Below, in pieces: positions 19,979 through 30,427 of a stretch of DNA of 64,000 nucleotides. A program made the position numbers and the translations under genes. The DNA comes from Mariniblastus sp. Lineage in GTDB: Bacteria > Planctomycetota > Planctomycetia > Pirellulales > Pirellulaceae. Numbering within the stretch: position 1 is the stretch's first letter; each line of letters begins with the position of its first letter. The DNA lies in contig JAQWLH010000254.1 of NCBI GenBank assembly GCA_029247405.1, positions 6,949-70,948 of the forward strand, given 5' to 3'. The notes beneath the pieces are model-generated. The model searched no databases. It was not told the origin of the DNA and worked only from the letters and a program-made list of their open reading frames with translations.

Positions 19979-21418
19979 TTACAAAAAGATGTAGCCCTCT
20001 TCCCCGTGTTGGCTGATATCGAGTCCACGCTGCTCCTCTTCAGGTGAAACGCGGAGACCCATCGTTACATTGATCAGGACGAGAATCGCGAACGAACCAA
20101 CAATCGCCAAGGAGGCAGACGCCCCGATACTGACCAATTGATTGATCAATTGCGTTGGGCTACCACCTGCCTCAATCATTCCACTGCGTCCCCCGGTAAT
20201 AACGTTGGTCGCAAAGACGCCCGTGAGAACCGCACCCACCACCCCGCCGATACCATGAACGCCGAACGCATCCAAGGAATCATCGTAGTTCAATTTTTTC
20301 TTTAAGGTTGAGCAAGCGAAGCAGCACACGACACCGGCAACCAAGCCGAGGATAATGGCCGACATTGCTGAAACCGAACCGCAAGCCGGTGTGATACAAA
20401 CCAATCCCGCCACCGCGCCCGAGCAAGCTCCCAACATGGTCGCTTTTCCGCGAGTCACCCATTCATAACTTGCCCACGCCACAACGCCTGCAGCGGCCGC
20501 AAAATGGGTCGCAACAAAAGCATTGACTGCCGCGGTTCCAGCTGACAATGCACTCCCCGCGTTGAATCCGAACCAGCCTACCCAAAGCAGCGCCGTACCG
20601 ATGCAGGTATAAGTCAAATTGTGGGGAGGCATCGGGTCTTTGCCGTAACCCATTCGCTTGCCAACAAAGACGGCACAAACCAAGGCAGAAACTCCCGAAC
20701 TAATATGGACAACTGTTCCGCCAGCAAAATCCAAAGCTGGGAATAAAGCCTCTGAGTTCCATTCACAAAGCCAACCAGCATCGCTCCAAACCCAATGGCA
20801 AATGGGACAATAAACCAGCAACCCCCAAAGCACCATAAAAACGCACATCGATGAAAATTTGAATCGTTCAGCAAATGCACCGCAAATCAAAGCAGGCGTA
20901 ATGATAAAAAACATTCCTTGGAAACACATAAAGACGGAAGCTGGAATCGTTCCTGAAATAGGTGTGATCACTTCGCCATCGGAACCCATCGAGGGCATCA
21001 CGCCTTGCAGAAAAACGTGATCAAAGTTTCCAAAAAACGGATTTGATCCACCAAATGCCAAGCTATATCCGATCACCGCCCAAACGATCGTCATCAAGCC
21101 CATCAAGAAAACGCATTGCATCATAACGCTTAGGATATTTTTTTTCCTAACCAAGCCGCCATAAAATAAAGCGAGCCCGGGTGCTGTCATCATCAGCACA
21201 AGTGCCGAACAAGTAAGCATCCAGGCTACATCAGCCCCAACTAATTCCGATTGGAATTCTTCAGCCTCCAGAGAAACTGTCTCAGGCGAAGTTTCGCCCG
21301 CTTGAGTTACCGTATCGCCATCTTCGGTTGTTCTTTCTTTCGCAAATCCGTCTTGGCAAATCGGCGAGAGGGTCGCCAGCAATGCAAAAACGAGCAATAG
21401 ACGCTTCATAGCAGCCAT
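19979..21418 (-). CDS. amtB: Ammonium transporter
   Basis: PGLALFYGG, DFAGGTVVH, WFGFNAGS, DDSLDAFGVHG (twin His retained); GGAG RBS before ATG. Confidence 0.95.
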   Translation of the reverse strand: MAAMKRLLLVFALLATLSPICQDGFAKERTTEDGDTVTQAGETSPETVSLEAEEFQSELVGADVAWMLTCSALVLMMTAPGLALFYGGLVRKKNILSVMMQCVFLMGLMTIVWAVIGYSLAFGGSNPFFGNFDHVFLQGVMPSMGSDGEVITPISGTIPASVFMCFQGMFFIITPALICGAFAERFKFSSMCVFMVLWGLLVYCPICHWVWSDAGWLCEWNSEALFPALDFAGGTVVHISSGVSALVCAVFVGKRMGYGKDPMPPHNLTYTCIGTALLWVGWFGFNAGSALSAGTAAVNAFVATHFAAAAGVVAWASYEWVTRGKATMLGACSGAVAGLVCITPACGSVSAMSAIILGLVAGVVCCFACSTLKKKLNYDDSLDAFGVHGIGGVVGAVLTGVFATNVITGGRSGMIEAGGSPTQLINQLVSIGASASLAIVGSFAILVLINVTMGLRVSPEEEQRGLDISQHGEEGYIFL

Positions 21419-21553
21419 CAATGTCTCCTGGGTCAACGCGCAGAAACCCGCAAAAATAGGCATTCAATGCTAATGCCCCGTTTGCTTGAGACTGCGTTTA
21501 CATGTGTTCGGAAGGTATCAACTAACCACAATGCAGTTAGTTAATTCCTGTAA

Positions 21554-21569
21554 AGCAACGGCCGTGCCA
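21554..21569 (-). promoter_or_regulatory. Sigma-54 (-24/-12) promoter of amtB
   Basis: Minus strand TGGCACGGCCGTTGCT is an exact TGGCAC-N5-TTGCW match about 135 bp upstream of amtB. Confidence 0.85.
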
Positions 21570-21685
21570 ATGAAAATAAGAAGAACGCTGCGAACATAAA
21601 TCCGCGACCCGAGGCAACCCTTAGACGCCTCCAAGGGCAGAGATAAGAGGGTTCAGCGACCGGCGTACTTGGCAATCAAGAACGC

Positions 21686-23641
21686 TTATTCGACGAATTC
21701 TTCTACAGCAATCATCATCCGAGGGGCCACTTGGGGAGCCCGTGTCATGACCGCCGAGGCTGCCAATACAGTTTGATGCGATTTTTGGCTAAAGGCTTCG
21801 CTCTTTAAATGCTTGCCAAGATAAAACAAATTGGCTGCAGCAACACTGTTGCCTGACGGCATCGCGTTATCGTAAATACGTTTGCTACGCGCTAACAAAA
21901 CTTCATGATCTTTGGAGGTATAAAAATAACCGCCACCCTTCTCATCCCAAAACAGTTCGTCTTGTTTATTTTGGATTCTTTCGGCCGACTTCAGCCATTT
22001 GTCTTCGCCACTGGCTCGATGAAGCGCGATCAAGCCGTCAATTAAACAGGCGTAATCAATTAGATATCCATTTAGTTTCGCCTGGCCGTCGGTATAAGTT
22101 CGATACAGACGTCCGTCTTCAGCGACTAAATTCTGAAGCGCAAAATCAGCGGCCCGACTAGCCGTTTGGATATAGGACTCATTCTTAAGAACTCGGCCGG
22201 CATCCGCGTAACCTCGAATCATCAGGCCATTCCAAGCCGTCAAAATTTTATTATCCAATAATGGTCGCACTCGCTTGGCTCTAGCGTCGAACAGCTTCTT
22301 TCGAATCGGCATCAACTTGGCCTCCAATTCCGTCAATGTCATCGAGCGTTGCTGAGCAATCTCCGACATCAGTCGACGGAGTTGTGGGGCGTAGTACTCA
22401 TCCTCGAAATTTGGCGGGTTATTTAAGCCATAAACTTCGGCAAACAATTTGTATTCGTCCGGGGTGATTGTCTTTTCCACCTCGGCAATCTCCCAGCGAT
22501 AAAATTTGCCTTCTTCACCCTCCGATTCGGCATCGAGCGATGAATAGATTCCACCCGAATCAGCGACTAATTCTCGATCAACAAAAGCCAGTGTTCCTTC
22601 AACGACATTTTTGAATTCCTCGCGTCCGGTGATTGCGTAAGCTTCGGCATAGACGGTTGCCAGTTGACCGTTGTCGTAAAGCATTTTTTCGAAGTGTGGA
22701 ATCTTCCAATAGCGATCAACACTGTAACGATGAAATCCTCCGCCAACGTGGTCGTAGATTCCCCCCATCATCATTCGTTCACAAGTCGTGATGAGCATTT
22801 TTTTAGCTTGAACCGTGTCTGGGTCTTCAACATTTTTGCTGCGTTGAACGTTGTCCATTAGAAAGAAAAGGTTGGCCGCTTGAGGAAATTTTGGCATGTT
22901 AGGATTGGTCGCACTAAATCCAAATCCGCCGAACCTCGTGTCAAAATCAGACGCCAGATTAGAGATAGTTTTTGAGCTCCAGGATTTCTGAACTGGCAAT
23001 CCGAAAACTGGTTCCAGCCCTGCCAGAGATTCTCGAGTCCGTTCAGAGACGACATTGGCATCCTTTTCAATTTGCGATCGGTTGTTTTGAAAAGCCTCGT
23101 TGACCTTTGTCACGATCGTCAAAAACCCCATTTTTGATCCGCGGTCGCCATCCCGCGCTGGCCAATACGTCCCGCCAAAAAATGGTTTGGCCGCCGGAGT
23201 CATGAACATCGAAAGCGGCCACCCTCCCCCGCCCTGCCGAATCTCCATCAAAGCCTGCATGTAGATCTCGTCTACGTCGGGACGTTCTTCCCGATCGACT
23301 TTGATGCAAATGAAGTTATCGTTAAGAAACTTTGCAATTTCTTCATCAAGAAAAGACTCCCGTTCCATCACGTGACACCAGTGACAACTGGAGTAACCAA
23401 TCGAAAGAAATATTGGTTTGTCTTGTTTCTTGGCCAATTCCAGTGTCGCCTCATTCCAAGCGTACCAGTTGACTGGGTTATGCGCGTGCATCAGCAGATA
23501 GGGACTGCTTTCTTGGGTCAGTGCATTGGTGTGTTGATGCTGATGACCTGTTTTCTCTTGGGCGACAGCGTCGACTTGGGGCAAAAGAGACAGCAGTAGA
23601 ATAACAATCAAACGAGTCACAAAGCTTGGATTTATCAGCAT
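21686..23641 (-). CDS. Thioredoxin domain-containing protein YyaL/DUF255 (SPATA20-like)
   Basis: SPYLLMHAHNPVNW, SCHWCHVMERESF, KVDREERPDVD, PHFEKMLYDN. Confidence 0.92.
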   Translation of the reverse strand: MLINPSFVTRLIVILLLSLLPQVDAVAQEKTGHQHQHTNALTQESSPYLLMHAHNPVNWYAWNEATLELAKKQDKPIFLSIGYSSCHWCHVMERESFLDEEIAKFLNDNFICIKVDREERPDVDEIYMQALMEIRQGGGGWPLSMFMTPAAKPFFGGTYWPARDGDRGSKMGFLTIVTKVNEAFQNNRSQIEKDANVVSERTRESLAGLEPVFGLPVQKSWSSKTISNLASDFDTRFGGFGFSATNPNMPKFPQAANLFFLMDNVQRSKNVEDPDTVQAKKMLITTCERMMMGGIYDHVGGGFHRYSVDRYWKIPHFEKMLYDNGQLATVYAEAYAITGREEFKNVVEGTLAFVDRELVADSGGIYSSLDAESEGEEGKFYRWEIAEVEKTITPDEYKLFAEVYGLNNPPNFEDEYYAPQLRRLMSEIAQQRSMTLTELEAKLMPIRKKLFDARAKRVRPLLDNKILTAWNGLMIRGYADAGRVLKNESYIQTASRAADFALQNLVAEDGRLYRTYTDGQAKLNGYLIDYACLIDGLIALHRASGEDKWLKSAERIQNKQDELFWDEKGGGYFYTSKDHEVLLARSKRIYDNAMPSGNSVAAANLFYLGKHLKSEAFSQKSHQTVLAASAVMTRAPQVAPRMMIAVEEFVE

Positions 23642-23731
23642 GGCTTTTCCGCCAAAAAATAGTTGACTTGATTAATGGGACGCAAACCGCAAAGGCGACC
23701 CGTGAGTTGTAACGGATCAACGCTAGTGACT

Positions 23732-25207
23732 CTATTCTTCGAGGTTGATTTTGATTTCAAAATCAGCTTGCTGCCTGAGTGGCATCACCGATTTGAGATA
23801 ACGATCCCAAACCAATTGGCGAATGGCAGAGAGCGAACCACGATCGAACCGCTCGGGCGAAGGAGCAGCTTTCCAACAGAATTTATCGGCAGCCGAAATA
23901 AGCGGTTCATTGATAGGCAAAGCAACAGGTTTGTTTTGCATCAGTTTATCTTCGTCGCGATCTAAATTTGACGCAGCAGAATCTTCGTCAAGTAGAAACT
24001 CCTTCAACTGATTGGCTTGTTTGCTGGTGGCTATTTTGAACACTGCAATGGTCTGATCAGCGTTTTCAATTGGGCTAACTCGTACTTCGTAACCCGTCTT
24101 TGGCTTGAGGGCAAAGGTCAGCATGTCGTTCATGTCAGCCGTGCCACCCTTGGTTCTCCCGGAAACTTTTTGAGATGGTTTTCCATCTTCGATAACAACC
24201 ACATTCAAAATTTTTCGTTCGCTTTTATCTTGATTCCAAATCCGAATCATCACATTGACCGAGTCTTTCTTCGGAGGGGTGGGTTGGTCAGCGAGATATC
24301 GTGTCGTTACGTTGGTGGCGTAAACTCGCTTCTCAGGCGACCAAACCATCGGAAAGTCAATATTCGTTTTTCGAAAACTTACCGCGTAAATTGAGTGTAG
24401 TTTTGATTGGGGATCTGCCAAAGCAGCGTCACCCTGAAACCAAGTTCGATTGAGGCCTTGCGGGTTGTACTCTGCCGCGCCGGTAAAATGCCAACCCTGA
24501 TCCCAGATTTCAACCCAAGTGTGATTGCCACGCTTATTTTTCCAGCTCGGTATTCCAGCTAATCTCGCTGGCACGCCGACGCTCCGACAGGCGTCAGTCA
24601 AAATGATCGACAATCCAGTACAGGACGCTAATCCTTGATCGATACTTTCCTGTGGGCTTTGGTTAGCGCGTTTTCGGGCTGTCGAATATTTGACCGACAA
24701 TTCTCCAAAAATGGTTTGGTTCAGTTTTTGGGCTGCCTCAGTTGGCGTTTTGCATTCTTGAACAATCGGCCAGCACATTTCAAAAAACTTTTTTCGCCAG
24801 GGATCGCGCGGCTCGTCAATATTGGCGTAGGGCAACACATCATTAAAGAAAACATCGTCCGGTATTTTCCAATTTGCCTTTTCCCTCGCTCGGTAGGCCA
24901 ACTTAATGTTGGAAATCAAAAAATCGGCCTTCAGATTTTTTAAGTCATACTCGGGCATATGAAGCAATAAAAAACTCAGCCCTTCACGCTGCTGTGGGTC
25001 AACATTTTCAATTGCCCGCTCAAGTTCAGCACGATTGTTACCCGCAAGTTTTAAACGGGTTTTGATTGGTTCCGAACTGAGCAGAGAGTCAGTTCGTTCC
25101 GGCGTCGAAGCCCGTGAATCATCTTGACCCACTTGGGCGTTGACACGGTGGCCACTACAGAACAACGCGATCAGGAGCAAACTGGCGGCAAAATTATTGA
25201 ATTTCAT
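23732..25207 (-). CDS. Secreted transglutaminase-like domain protein
   Basis: Signal peptide; VLPYA..E.RDPWR, ASCTGLSIIL (Cys), GNHTWVEIW (His). Confidence 0.78.
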   Translation of the reverse strand: MKFNNFAASLLLIALFCSGHRVNAQVGQDDSRASTPERTDSLLSSEPIKTRLKLAGNNRAELERAIENVDPQQREGLSFLLLHMPEYDLKNLKADFLISNIKLAYRAREKANWKIPDDVFFNDVLPYANIDEPRDPWRKKFFEMCWPIVQECKTPTEAAQKLNQTIFGELSVKYSTARKRANQSPQESIDQGLASCTGLSIILTDACRSVGVPARLAGIPSWKNKRGNHTWVEIWDQGWHFTGAAEYNPQGLNRTWFQGDAALADPQSKLHSIYAVSFRKTNIDFPMVWSPEKRVYATNVTTRYLADQPTPPKKDSVNVMIRIWNQDKSERKILNVVVIEDGKPSQKVSGRTKGGTADMNDMLTFALKPKTGYEVRVSPIENADQTIAVFKIATSKQANQLKEFLLDEDSAASNLDRDEDKLMQNKPVALPINEPLISAADKFCWKAAPSPERFDRGSLSAIRQLVWDRYLKSVMPLRQQADFEIKINLEE

Positions 25208-25460
25208 TTTTCAAATTCAGTGATAGCGGTGGTGGGAGCATTCGATCACCACATTATGAGTCACTGGATCAAAAATCGCTATTGTTAATGATGTTCACTT
25301 GATGAATTCATGAACTATGGGAGCATGAAGCGATGATGGTTGATAAGATTCGTAGGCTGGCTAACTGATTGTCGATCGACGGACTATCATCGCCTTCGAA
25401 ATTACTAACAACTGAGAATGCACTTTTGATTTGCATTCGCGTCTCGCGAAAGAAAACCCG

Positions 25461-26567
25461 ATGAAAATTGCCCGTATTTCCGCTTACCAAGTCGATCTTC
25501 CGCTTAAAGAAGGCAGTTACAAGTGGTCAGGTGGAAAATCAGTCGACGTATTTGACAGCACCGTTGTTGAGGTCGAAACGGAGTGCGGGATGATCGGATA
25601 CGGCGAAGTCTGCCCGCTCGGCCCATTTTACTTGCCAGCCTACGGCCCAGGCGTCCGCGCCGGCATGAAAGAATTGGCACCCCATCTCATTGGGATGAAT
25701 GCGACCGAACTAGGACCACTTAACCGTTTGATGGACGCCGCGCTCAAGGGACATGCTTACGTCAAATCCGGGATCGATATGGCCTGCTGGGATTTACTCG
25801 GCAAATCCAGCGGAAAAAGCGTATGTGATTTGATGGGCGGGCGGTTTGGAGATGATTTTGTTTTGTATCGGGCTATTTCTCAGCAGTCGCCTGAAGCAAT
25901 GGCGCAAAACGTTGCTGGTTACCGAAACGAAGGATACCGTCGGTTTCAATTGAAGGTGGGTGGAGATCCAAATGTTGATATCGAGCGAATTAAACAGGTG
26001 GCCAAAGAAATGCAGCCAGGTGACAAACTGATCGCCGATGCAAATACGGGCTGGTTGATGCATGAAGCTGCCCGCGTCGTTCGAGCCGTCCGCGATATCG
26101 ACGTTTACATTGAACAGCCATGTGATTCCTATGAAGAATGCTTGGCCATTCGGCGACGCATTGACCATCCGTTCGTGATGGACGAATCGATTCATGGGAT
26201 GCCCGAACTCCTTCGCGCAAGCAACGATCAGGCAATGGACGTTGTTAACATCAAGATCAGCAAGTTCGGCGGCCTGACCAAAGCACGTTTGGCTCGAGAT
26301 TTGTGTTGTTCACTGGGGGTGGCCATGACAATCGAGGACAGTTGGGGGGGCGACATTATTACGGCGGCAATTTCACATATCGCTCATAGCACACCAACTG
26401 AGCTTTTGTTTACATCGACAGATTTTAATAGTTACGGCACCGTTAGCATCGCCGCTGGCGCACCGCAGCGAGAAAACGGAAGACTAAAAGCCTCGACTCA
26501 GCCCGGACTTGGAATCGAACCTCGAATGGATGTACTGGGAGAGCGTGTTTTAGAGATTAGTCACTAA
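25461..26567 (+). CDS. Enolase-superfamily (MLE) enzyme, cis-3-hydroxy-L-proline dehydratase-like
   Basis: QLKVG, DAN, EQP, DE, KISKFGGL, EDSWGGDI; N-terminus QVDLPLKEGSYKWSGG resembles the characterised Labrenzia enzyme as I recall it. Confidence 0.75.
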   Translation: MKIARISAYQVDLPLKEGSYKWSGGKSVDVFDSTVVEVETECGMIGYGEVCPLGPFYLPAYGPGVRAGMKELAPHLIGMNATELGPLNRLMDAALKGHAYVKSGIDMACWDLLGKSSGKSVCDLMGGRFGDDFVLYRAISQQSPEAMAQNVAGYRNEGYRRFQLKVGGDPNVDIERIKQVAKEMQPGDKLIADANTGWLMHEAARVVRAVRDIDVYIEQPCDSYEECLAIRRRIDHPFVMDESIHGMPELLRASNDQAMDVVNIKISKFGGLTKARLARDLCCSLGVAMTIEDSWGGDIITAAISHIAHSTPTELLFTSTDFNSYGTVSIAAGAPQRENGRLKASTQPGLGIEPRMDVLGERVLEISH

Positions 26568-26795
26568 GGCTAAGGCCAGCGTGCAACCACCTCGGTCAAC
26601 AGGCAAAAACAGCCAGGTTTCAGATCGAAAACATGTTTCCAATTGGCGTTAGTGACTTCAACGGATAGTCTCCCCACATTTACTTGGCTTTGCACCTGAT
26701 TTTTTCATTTGCCTCTTGAGTTGAACTTGGGCTCCGTTAGGTTGACTCATTATTTTCAGGAATCTCGCTGCAAGTCATCTCAATCAGAGAAAATC

Positions 26796-28256
26796 ATGAA
26801 CGAAGCTATCACCCAACTTGAACCCACCGCCGTATGGACTCACTTTGAAGCACTCAATGCAGTGCCGCGACCGTCCAAAAAAGAAGAACGCGTGATTGCG
26901 TTCATGAAGGCGTTTGGCGAAGACCTCGGCCTTGAGACCATTGTCGATTCGATTGGAAACGTGATCATTCGCAAACCGGCAACCGCTGGCATGGAAGACC
27001 GCGTTGGGGTGATCCTTCAGGGTCATTTGGATATGGTTCATCAAAAGAATTCTGATACCGAATTCGATTTTGAATCACAAGGAATTGAATCCTATATCGA
27101 CGATGATGGGTGGGTCAAAGCTAAAGGAACAACCCTCGGTGCTGACAACGGGATGGGCGTCGCCTCGATTATGGCATTGCTGTCAGCGACCGATGTCGAG
27201 CATGGCCCGATCGAGGGCTTGTTCACAATCGATGAAGAAACAGGCATGACGGGCGCTTTCAAATTACAGTCGGGAATATTGAATGGGAAGATATTGCTCA
27301 ATACAGACACCGAAGATGAAGGTGAATTATGTATTGGCTGCGCTGGGGGAGTGGATACCAACATCGAATTAAAATATTCGGAGACTCCTGCTCCCGCTGG
27401 AACTCCGCTGAAGATTTCAGTGAAGGGACTCCGCGGAGGACATTCGGGCTGTGAAATCCACTTGGGTCGAGGAAACGCCAACAAGATCATGAATCGTCTT
27501 ATCTGGGAAACGCAGCAAGATTTCAGTTTGAGAATCGGGTCGATTGATGGCGGCAGTCTCCGAAATGCAATTCCACGTGAGTCGTTTGCAACCATTGTTG
27601 TCGACAGCGACAAGGCTGATGATTTCAAAAAGCGCGTCGTCGAATTGGTGGCAATCATTCAATCCGAACTGGTTCGAACTGAGCCTGATTTGACGGTTTT
27701 GATTGAGCCTACCACTGCTCCCACGGCCGTGATGGATTCGGCTCGCCAAACCCAACTGGTGCAGGCAATTTATGCAGCACCTTGTGGTGTGATTCGAATG
27801 AGTGACGAAATGGCGGGTCTGGTTGAAACCTCGACTAGCTTGGCTCGGGTCAAGGTCGATTCAGGTTCGGCGGTCGTTCAGTTTTTGACCCGCAGCAGCG
27901 TCCAAACGGCCCGAGATGACTTGTCGAATATGATCGAAGCAACATTTTGCTTGGCTGGCGCCAATGTAGAACACTCGGGTGGATATCCCGGTTGGAAACC
28001 AAATGCGGACTCCGAAATCCTGGCCAGAATGGAAACGATTTACGAAGGTCTGTTTGGCAAAAAACCCGAGGTCAATGCAGTTCATGCCGGGCTCGAGTGC
28101 GGAATCATTGGAAGCGTTTATCCTGGCCTGGATATGATCTCGTTTGGTCCGACCATCAAAAACCCTCATTCGCCAGATGAAAAATGTGAGATCGCCAGTG
28201 TCGCTAAATACTGGCAGTTTCTCCTCGCAACACTCAAGCAAATCCCCAAGTCTTAA
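26796..28256 (+). CDS. pepD: Aminoacyl-histidine dipeptidase (M20C)
   Basis: PRPSKKE, QGHLDMV, TTLGADNG, DEETGM, GGHSG, HAGLECG, HSPDE. Confidence 0.93.
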   Translation: MNEAITQLEPTAVWTHFEALNAVPRPSKKEERVIAFMKAFGEDLGLETIVDSIGNVIIRKPATAGMEDRVGVILQGHLDMVHQKNSDTEFDFESQGIESYIDDDGWVKAKGTTLGADNGMGVASIMALLSATDVEHGPIEGLFTIDEETGMTGAFKLQSGILNGKILLNTDTEDEGELCIGCAGGVDTNIELKYSETPAPAGTPLKISVKGLRGGHSGCEIHLGRGNANKIMNRLIWETQQDFSLRIGSIDGGSLRNAIPRESFATIVVDSDKADDFKKRVVELVAIIQSELVRTEPDLTVLIEPTTAPTAVMDSARQTQLVQAIYAAPCGVIRMSDEMAGLVETSTSLARVKVDSGSAVVQFLTRSSVQTARDDLSNMIEATFCLAGANVEHSGGYPGWKPNADSEILARMETIYEGLFGKKPEVNAVHAGLECGIIGSVYPGLDMISFGPTIKNPHSPDEKCEIASVAKYWQFLLATLKQIPKS

Positions 28257-28402
28257 AACTTCTGAACAACCCAAGTGTTTAGAAGACATACCTTTTCACG
28301 ACAATCAATAGCTTCCGTTTCATTCACTCAATCCAATGTTCTGTCACGGTCTTTTGAACGACCGCAGGCGGTTCGAAGGTATCCCTGGAACCTTGAATAC
28401 TA

Positions 28403-29542
28403 ATGAATCTTTTAAGGTCTGCAAAAATGAAAATTTATTCCCTGATTCTTGCGACCATCCTTTTTAGTAACGGGGTCTCTTTTGCCCAAAATCAGAACGA
28501 GCTGAGTCCCGGTTCGGGGACACTCGGAGGTGTTGAAAGTCCATGGAAATTGATGGACGTGGCGACGGACGCCAGCCTTCGTGGGCTGCACGTACTAAGC
28601 ACTCAAATCATCTGGGCCAGTGGTACTGGCGGGACCATTGTCAATTCCAAAGATGGAGGCGAAACGTGGCAAGTCAGTATTGTTGAGGGTGCCGAAAAAC
28701 TCGACTTTCGAGATATTCATGCCATTGACGAACACACCATCGTCGCCATCACTTCGGGAACCCCCGCGCGGATCTATCGGAGTGTTGATGGTGGATCTCA
28801 ATGGAACCTGTGTTACGAAAATAAAGATGAACGAGTATTTTTGGATGCGCTTTCTTTTTTAAATAAACAAAAAGGTATTGTGATGGGTGATCCAATGGGT
28901 GACAAACTTTTTTTGTTATCTACCCAGGACCTTGGGAAAACTTGGAGCACTGTTAAATCAGCTCCACGCGTCATCAAAGGCGAAGCCGGGTTTGCCGCCA
29001 GTGGAACAAATATGACTGTCAATGATGGCAAATTTTTTATCGGCCTCGGCAGTCACCTTGAAGGGGAAACCAGCCCAAGCAGTCGGATCCTCGTCTCGGA
29101 TAACTCCGCGAAAAACTGGAAGGCAATCAATGTCCCAATCCCACGAGCGCAGTCGGCGGGAATTTTTTCCATCTGTTTTGTCGATCGGAAACATGGTGTG
29201 GTAGTTGGAGGCGACTATCAAAAACCAGATAACACGACCAACAACATTGCCGTCACAAATGATGGCGGCCAAACTTGGTCAGCCCCAACCACCAACCAGC
29301 CTCCAACAGGGTTTCGGAGTTGCTCGGCAGCATGGATTAACGGAGCCCAAATCAACGTGATCTCGGTTGGCCCCAATGGAACCGATCGCTCAACCGACAT
29401 GGGTCATCGCTGGCACCGTATTTCCAACGAAGGCTTCCATTCAATCGACTTTTCGCCAGACGGTAACAGTGGCTGGGCCAGCGGCTCAGAGGGCCGCATT
29501 GCCAGGTGGAAAGGCGTTCATCCGCCGGCTGACCAGAATTGA
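28403..29542 (+). CDS. Secreted BNR/Ycf48-like beta-propeller protein
   Basis: SLRGL, SxDGGxTW Asp-boxes, LDFRDI, FAASGT, VVVGGDY. Confidence 0.8.
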   Translation: MNLLRSAKMKIYSLILATILFSNGVSFAQNQNELSPGSGTLGGVESPWKLMDVATDASLRGLHVLSTQIIWASGTGGTIVNSKDGGETWQVSIVEGAEKLDFRDIHAIDEHTIVAITSGTPARIYRSVDGGSQWNLCYENKDERVFLDALSFLNKQKGIVMGDPMGDKLFLLSTQDLGKTWSTVKSAPRVIKGEAGFAASGTNMTVNDGKFFIGLGSHLEGETSPSSRILVSDNSAKNWKAINVPIPRAQSAGIFSICFVDRKHGVVVGGDYQKPDNTTNNIAVTNDGGQTWSAPTTNQPPTGFRSCSAAWINGAQINVISVGPNGTDRSTDMGHRWHRISNEGFHSIDFSPDGNSGWASGSEGRIARWKGVHPPADQN

Positions 29543-29837
29543 AAAGTGCAAATAGATCAGCCAATTCATGTTTCTATTCCAGCCACCCATAAGCTCCGTT
29601 GTCTGACAAAAAGTTCAGTCGAGCGAGCCAATCACCCACATCTGAGTCATTGGGCCAAATGGAATTAAAAATCCCGCGCTCCCCAAAAGCTTGGTTTCTC
29701 GAACAATTTGCATTTTTTTGGGTGCTATCAGTTAAAAATGCCCAAAAATCAAGTTTTCTCGCTGGGATATCTCGCGCCGTTGCGACTTAATGAATGTCTG
29801 ACGAAATTGACTATTTCAACCTGCTTTGACGTCTCAT

Positions 29838-30425
29838 ATGACTGACGTAACGACCTCAACTGCCATCGACTGGCCCGCTGCTCTGGAGCGCCACAAACCG
29901 TGGCTGCAAAAAGTGCTGCGTTCAAGAATTGGGGATCGCCATGAAGTCGAGGATCTGTTTCAAGAAATTGCACTAGCAGTTTTTCGACAGGCAAAACCAG
30001 AACGCCAACCGGATGGAACCGACAGACCCGTGACAGTGCCACAAAACTCCGAAAAGGTTGCTCCGTGGCTTTATCGGCTGGCGGTCCGCCAAGCTGTCAA
30101 TTTTCACCGCCGCATCAATCGAAAATCTCAAGCAAAACCGAGTCCCGAACTTGAACCCTTCTCACCGACGCCTCAACCGCTTGACTGGATGCTTGAAAAA
30201 GAGCAAGAAGAAAACCTGCAAACCGCACTAGGCGAACTACGACCCCAAGATCGTGAAATCCTGATGTTAAAGTACACCGAGAATTGGTCCTACAACCAGA
30301 TCGCCACACATCTTGGTGTACCAGTCCGAACTATCGAGTATCGCTTACTTAACGCTCGTAAAAGCTTACGGAAAATTCTGACACGGATTGGTCAACACAA
30401 CCTTTCAAATAACTTTGGATCGTAA
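29838..30425 (+). CDS. ECF RNA polymerase sigma factor
   Basis: EDLFQE, APWLYRLAVRQ, LRPQDREILMLKY..SYNQIA..LG...RTIEYRL. Confidence 0.9.
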   Translation: MTDVTTSTAIDWPAALERHKPWLQKVLRSRIGDRHEVEDLFQEIALAVFRQAKPERQPDGTDRPVTVPQNSEKVAPWLYRLAVRQAVNFHRRINRKSQAKPSPELEPFSPTPQPLDWMLEKEQEENLQTALGELRPQDREILMLKYTENWSYNQIATHLGVPVRTIEYRLLNARKSLRKILTRIGQHNLSNNFGS

Positions 30426-30427
30426 CG

